NCBI GenBank assembly: GCA_025998755.1
Contig: AP024674.1
Location: 1,104,162 to 1,168,161 of the forward strand
DNA length: 64,000 bases
Source of the DNA: Armatimonadota bacterium
Lineage (GTDB): Bacteria; Armatimonadota; UBA5829; DSUL01
Direction of reading: 5' to 3'
Shown here: one piece after another, positions 61,587 to 64,000 of the stretch
Layout: every line of letters begins with the position of its first letter
Position numbering within the stretch: the first letter of the stretch is position 1
Notes under the pieces: model-generated
What the model was told of the DNA's origin: nothing
What the model saw: the letters and a program-made list of their open reading frames with translations, nothing else
The model's database searches: none
Position numbers and translations under genes: made by a program

Positions 61587-61860
61587 AACTACTATGATCT
61601 GGTACTCTCCAACGTCCCGTTTGGCGATTATCCCGTTTTCGACCCCTGGCTGGTCGAGGCCACCGGCAACCCGAGGCTAAACAAGCGCATACACAACTAT
61701 TTCTTCGCGAAAGCGCTGCAGCACGTGCGGCCCGGAGGGATTGTGGCGTTTATCACCTCGGTCGGCACGCTGAACGCCCGCGACGCCGTGGCCATGGACC
61801 TGCGCAGGCATATCGCCTCGCAGGCGGACCTAATGGCGGCGTTTCGCCTGCCGCAGCGGG
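61587..61860 (+). pseudogene. Fragment of an N6-adenine methyltransferase (DarB/helicase-methylase type)
   Basis: YDLVLSNVPFG (motif IV), IHNYFFAKAL, RPGGIVAFITS and FRLP. The SAM-binding motif I and the helicase part are absent. Confidence 0.75.
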
Positions 61861-62061
61861 TCGGCCAATCTGTATCTGGCTTGGGCGTTCCTGACGCTCT
61901 ATGTCATCGTGCTGGCGTTCCGCTTTCTGGCCCGGTTCCGCCACGGGGCGTGGCGGGAGGTGAGGGTCATCGGCGCAGCGCAGACGCCAGGGCAGGCGCC
62001 TCAGCAGGCGGCTGCGGGAGGCTGACGATACCCCGGGAAGCGGAAAGGGAAGACAGAAAAA

Positions 62062-62133
62062 TGGGCCCACCCGGATTCGAACCAGGGACCAAACGGTTAT
62101 GAGCCGTCCGCTCTACCGCTGAGCTATGGGCCC
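62062..62133 (-). tRNA. tRNA with CAT anticodon, probably tRNA-Ile2; CCA not encoded
   Basis: GGGCCCATAGCTCAGCGGTAGAGCGGACGG-CTCATAA-CCGTTTGGTCCCTGGTTCGAATCCGGGTGGGCCCA; lacks initiator features. Confidence 0.9.
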
Positions 62134-62211
62134 GCGCAAGGATTGTAGCACAAAGGGCGCGCAGACGGCCCCGCCCGCCCCACCCCCGGCAGGAACACAG
62201 CGAACCTGTGG

Positions 62212-63594
62212 CTAGCGTTCGATGATCGGGTCGAATGAGATCTCGAACGCACTGATGACCCAGCGCTCCCCCACCCGCTCGAGAGTGTAGCGCTCGTAGC
62301 GCAGATCGTTGCGGGCGCCTGATTCGCGAAGCTGATGCCTAGCGAACAAGAACGCTTCTCCCGGTCGGACCGGCACGACCCGGTCTACGGTGAAAGTGCG
62401 GGTGCCGCGCTCCTCCATATCCTCGCGGACTCTCTCCAGAAACTGCCGGTATCCCACCCAGTACAGATAGCTGCCGGACTCATACAGCCGTACCGGCAGG
62501 TCGTTGTCCAGACAGTCCGCCATAGCCTTCAGGTCCGCCTCCTCCCAGGCCCGCTCGATGACGCGCGCAGCGCGCTCAACATCGCGGCGCTCGTCCCGGT
62601 AGCCGGGCCAGGGCTCCTCGGACGAAGCTCCGGCCGAATAACTGACAACGGGCGTCTCGCGCACGACATACTCCGTACGGGTCTCCACCACGCGTGTGGC
62701 CGGTTGATTGACCACCACCACAGTGCTGCTCCGGAACGGGTGGTACAAGTCGTAGCCCCAGTAGTGGTAGCCGGGCGAATAGTAATACACCGGCACACGC
62801 CACGGGTGGTTATGGTACATCACCGTCACCCGCGGATTGCTGAGGCAGAATCCGCTCCAGAAATCCCATTTCCAGTCTGAGCGGCGGCGCGAGTCGCTTT
62901 GCAGACGCTCATGGTATTCCCATGCCCAGCGTGAGCGATCGTACCGGTTCCATGAGGGGTCTGACAATGCCTTAATGTCCCGGGGATTGCGTGAGGTCTG
63001 CTGGTTCAGGTCGCGCGCGATGAGCGCAGGATCCACGGGCGGCGCGGATTGCGGTCTCGGCGGTGGCCCGGTGACGTTGGCGGCAGGCCGGTTGAGGGGA
63101 GCGGCCTGCTCCGGACGGACCCGCTGGCGATCCCGCGGAGCAACAGGCGACTCCGGCAATGGAGAAGCCGGGCGCGCTGTGGTCACCGGGGCAGAAACAG
63201 TCTCGGCCGCTGGAGCCACGGCTCCGCTCGACGGCGCGGTGGGAGATATGGGTTTCTGCACTGGTATATCCTGAACTGCTTGCTCTGGAAGCGGGGGCGG
63301 ACCCTGACGCTCCGGCTCACGCGGAGGCGCTGGGCGCGATGGCGATGGAGCGGGCTGCACGGCCTGCTCCGGGCGCGGGGGCGGACCCTGACGCTCCGGC
63401 TCACGCGGAGGCGCGGGAGCTTCGGGCCGCGGACGGGCCTCGGGACGTTGCCGAACCTGCTGGCCGCCGTCACCGGACGGCCGCTCGCCTCTCGCTTCCG
63501 GCCTTGCCTGTGCTCTATCATCCGAAATGGCCGGCTGCGGAGCAGCCGCCCAGCACAGCATCAAAACTGTAAACAGAGTACCTGCCCACCGCAT
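62212..63594 (-). CDS. Secreted proline-rich hypothetical protein with an NTF2-like C-terminus
   Basis: Signal peptide MRWAGTLFTVLMLCWAAA, a long P/R/Q-rich region, an aromatic-rich segment, and a C-terminus ending YTLERVGERWVI. Confidence 0.7.
   Translation of the reverse strand: MRWAGTLFTVLMLCWAAAPQPAISDDRAQARPEARGERPSGDGGQQVRQRPEARPRPEAPAPPREPERQGPPPRPEQAVQPAPSPSRPAPPREPERQGPPPLPEQAVQDIPVQKPISPTAPSSGAVAPAAETVSAPVTTARPASPLPESPVAPRDRQRVRPEQAAPLNRPAANVTGPPPRPQSAPPVDPALIARDLNQQTSRNPRDIKALSDPSWNRYDRSRWAWEYHERLQSDSRRRSDWKWDFWSGFCLSNPRVTVMYHNHPWRVPVYYYSPGYHYWGYDLYHPFRSSTVVVVNQPATRVVETRTEYVVRETPVVSYSAGASSEEPWPGYRDERRDVERAARVIERAWEEADLKAMADCLDNDLPVRLYESGSYLYWVGYRQFLERVREDMEERGTRTFTVDRVVPVRPGEAFLFARHQLRESGARNDLRYERYTLERVGERWVISAFEISFDPIIER
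63291..63414. repeat. 40-bp direct repeat, 84 bp apart, within the Pro-rich gene
   Basis: GCGGGGGCGGACCCTGACGCTCCGGCTCACGCGGAGGCGC at 63291 and 63375 encodes APPREPERQGPPP twice. Confidence 0.85.
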
Positions 63595-64000
63595 CTTTCG
63601 AAACCCCCATGTCCCGGAGACTCCGGGGCACCCTGCCAACACGCCTGAGCGCTCGCCTGGGTACATTTTAGAGCATACTGGGAGAGCGGTGGTTCCGCGG
63701 GGATGTTTCGGGTTTTTCGCACTGCGCGCTGGCTGGACAGATCCCGTTTTGTGCCGGTCACGAAGGCGGGGCGCCGTGAACTCGTGAAACGTATGGGTGG
63801 CGCGCATATTCGGATTTGGACTCAACAGATGGAACGAGATGGCTGGCTGGCCCGTCGCGCCTGGATCCGAGCCCTCCTGGGCGACCGGCTTTCAGATGAC
63901 CGCACAGAGGTCCGAAGCTGCCGTCAGGGCAAGGGATCAGACGGCCCGGCGGTCCACGCAGGAGGGAATATGGATGAGGAGAGCTCTGGGCGTATGGGAA

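Larger units (their letters stand above)
34328..62061. mobile_element. Putative defence island between convergent tRNAs
   Basis: Both tRNA 3' ends point into it. Parts are visibly more AT-rich, and it carries TnpV-like and methylase remnants. No integrase or att duplication was seen. Confidence 0.45.

Noticed and set aside
61861-62102. C-terminal part of ORF 61077-62102 as real protein
   Set aside because: Methylase similarity ends near 61860 and the frame runs into the antisense of the tRNA.

Overview
GC-rich bacterial chromosome segment. A PEP-CTERM protein, three prepilin-type/H-X9-DG proteins and large secreted proteins suggest Armatimonadota or a similar lineage (inference). Bases 1-34 kb hold metabolic and envelope genes: two phenylacetate-CoA ligases with an ACT protein and a probable porin, facing iorAB and a Na+/solute symporter; a TPP-riboswitch operon (prepilin/H-X9-DG gene, thiN, symporter); mntP; and a GntR/LacI-hybrid regulator flanked by prepilin genes, two giant secreted proteins sharing a C-terminal domain, and a sugar-binding lipoprotein. 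Bases 34.3-62 kb are a defence island between convergent tRNA-Ser(TGA) and tRNA(CAT). It holds a type III-B cmr operon (HD-less Cas10, Csx1, Csx15, a destroyed cas6, an APE2256-type CARF protein), a type I-C cas operon whose cas3 is frameshifted near its C-terminus, and two oppositely oriented arrays with one 37-bp repeat (31 and 45+1 repeats). The strongest leads are four. (i) An apparently interdependent I-C/III-B hybrid, with spacers in both arrays mostly antisense to mRNA, as expected for type III selection. (ii) A 1.33-kb AT-rich, gene-carrying insert between the last perfect and the degenerate terminal repeat of array 2. (iii) A TPP-riboswitch-controlled pilin-like H-X9-DG gene, which points to a ligand for this family. 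(iv) An uncharacterised CARF effector and a small nuclease-like ORF beside the leader. All annotation is by eye; no database searches were run.
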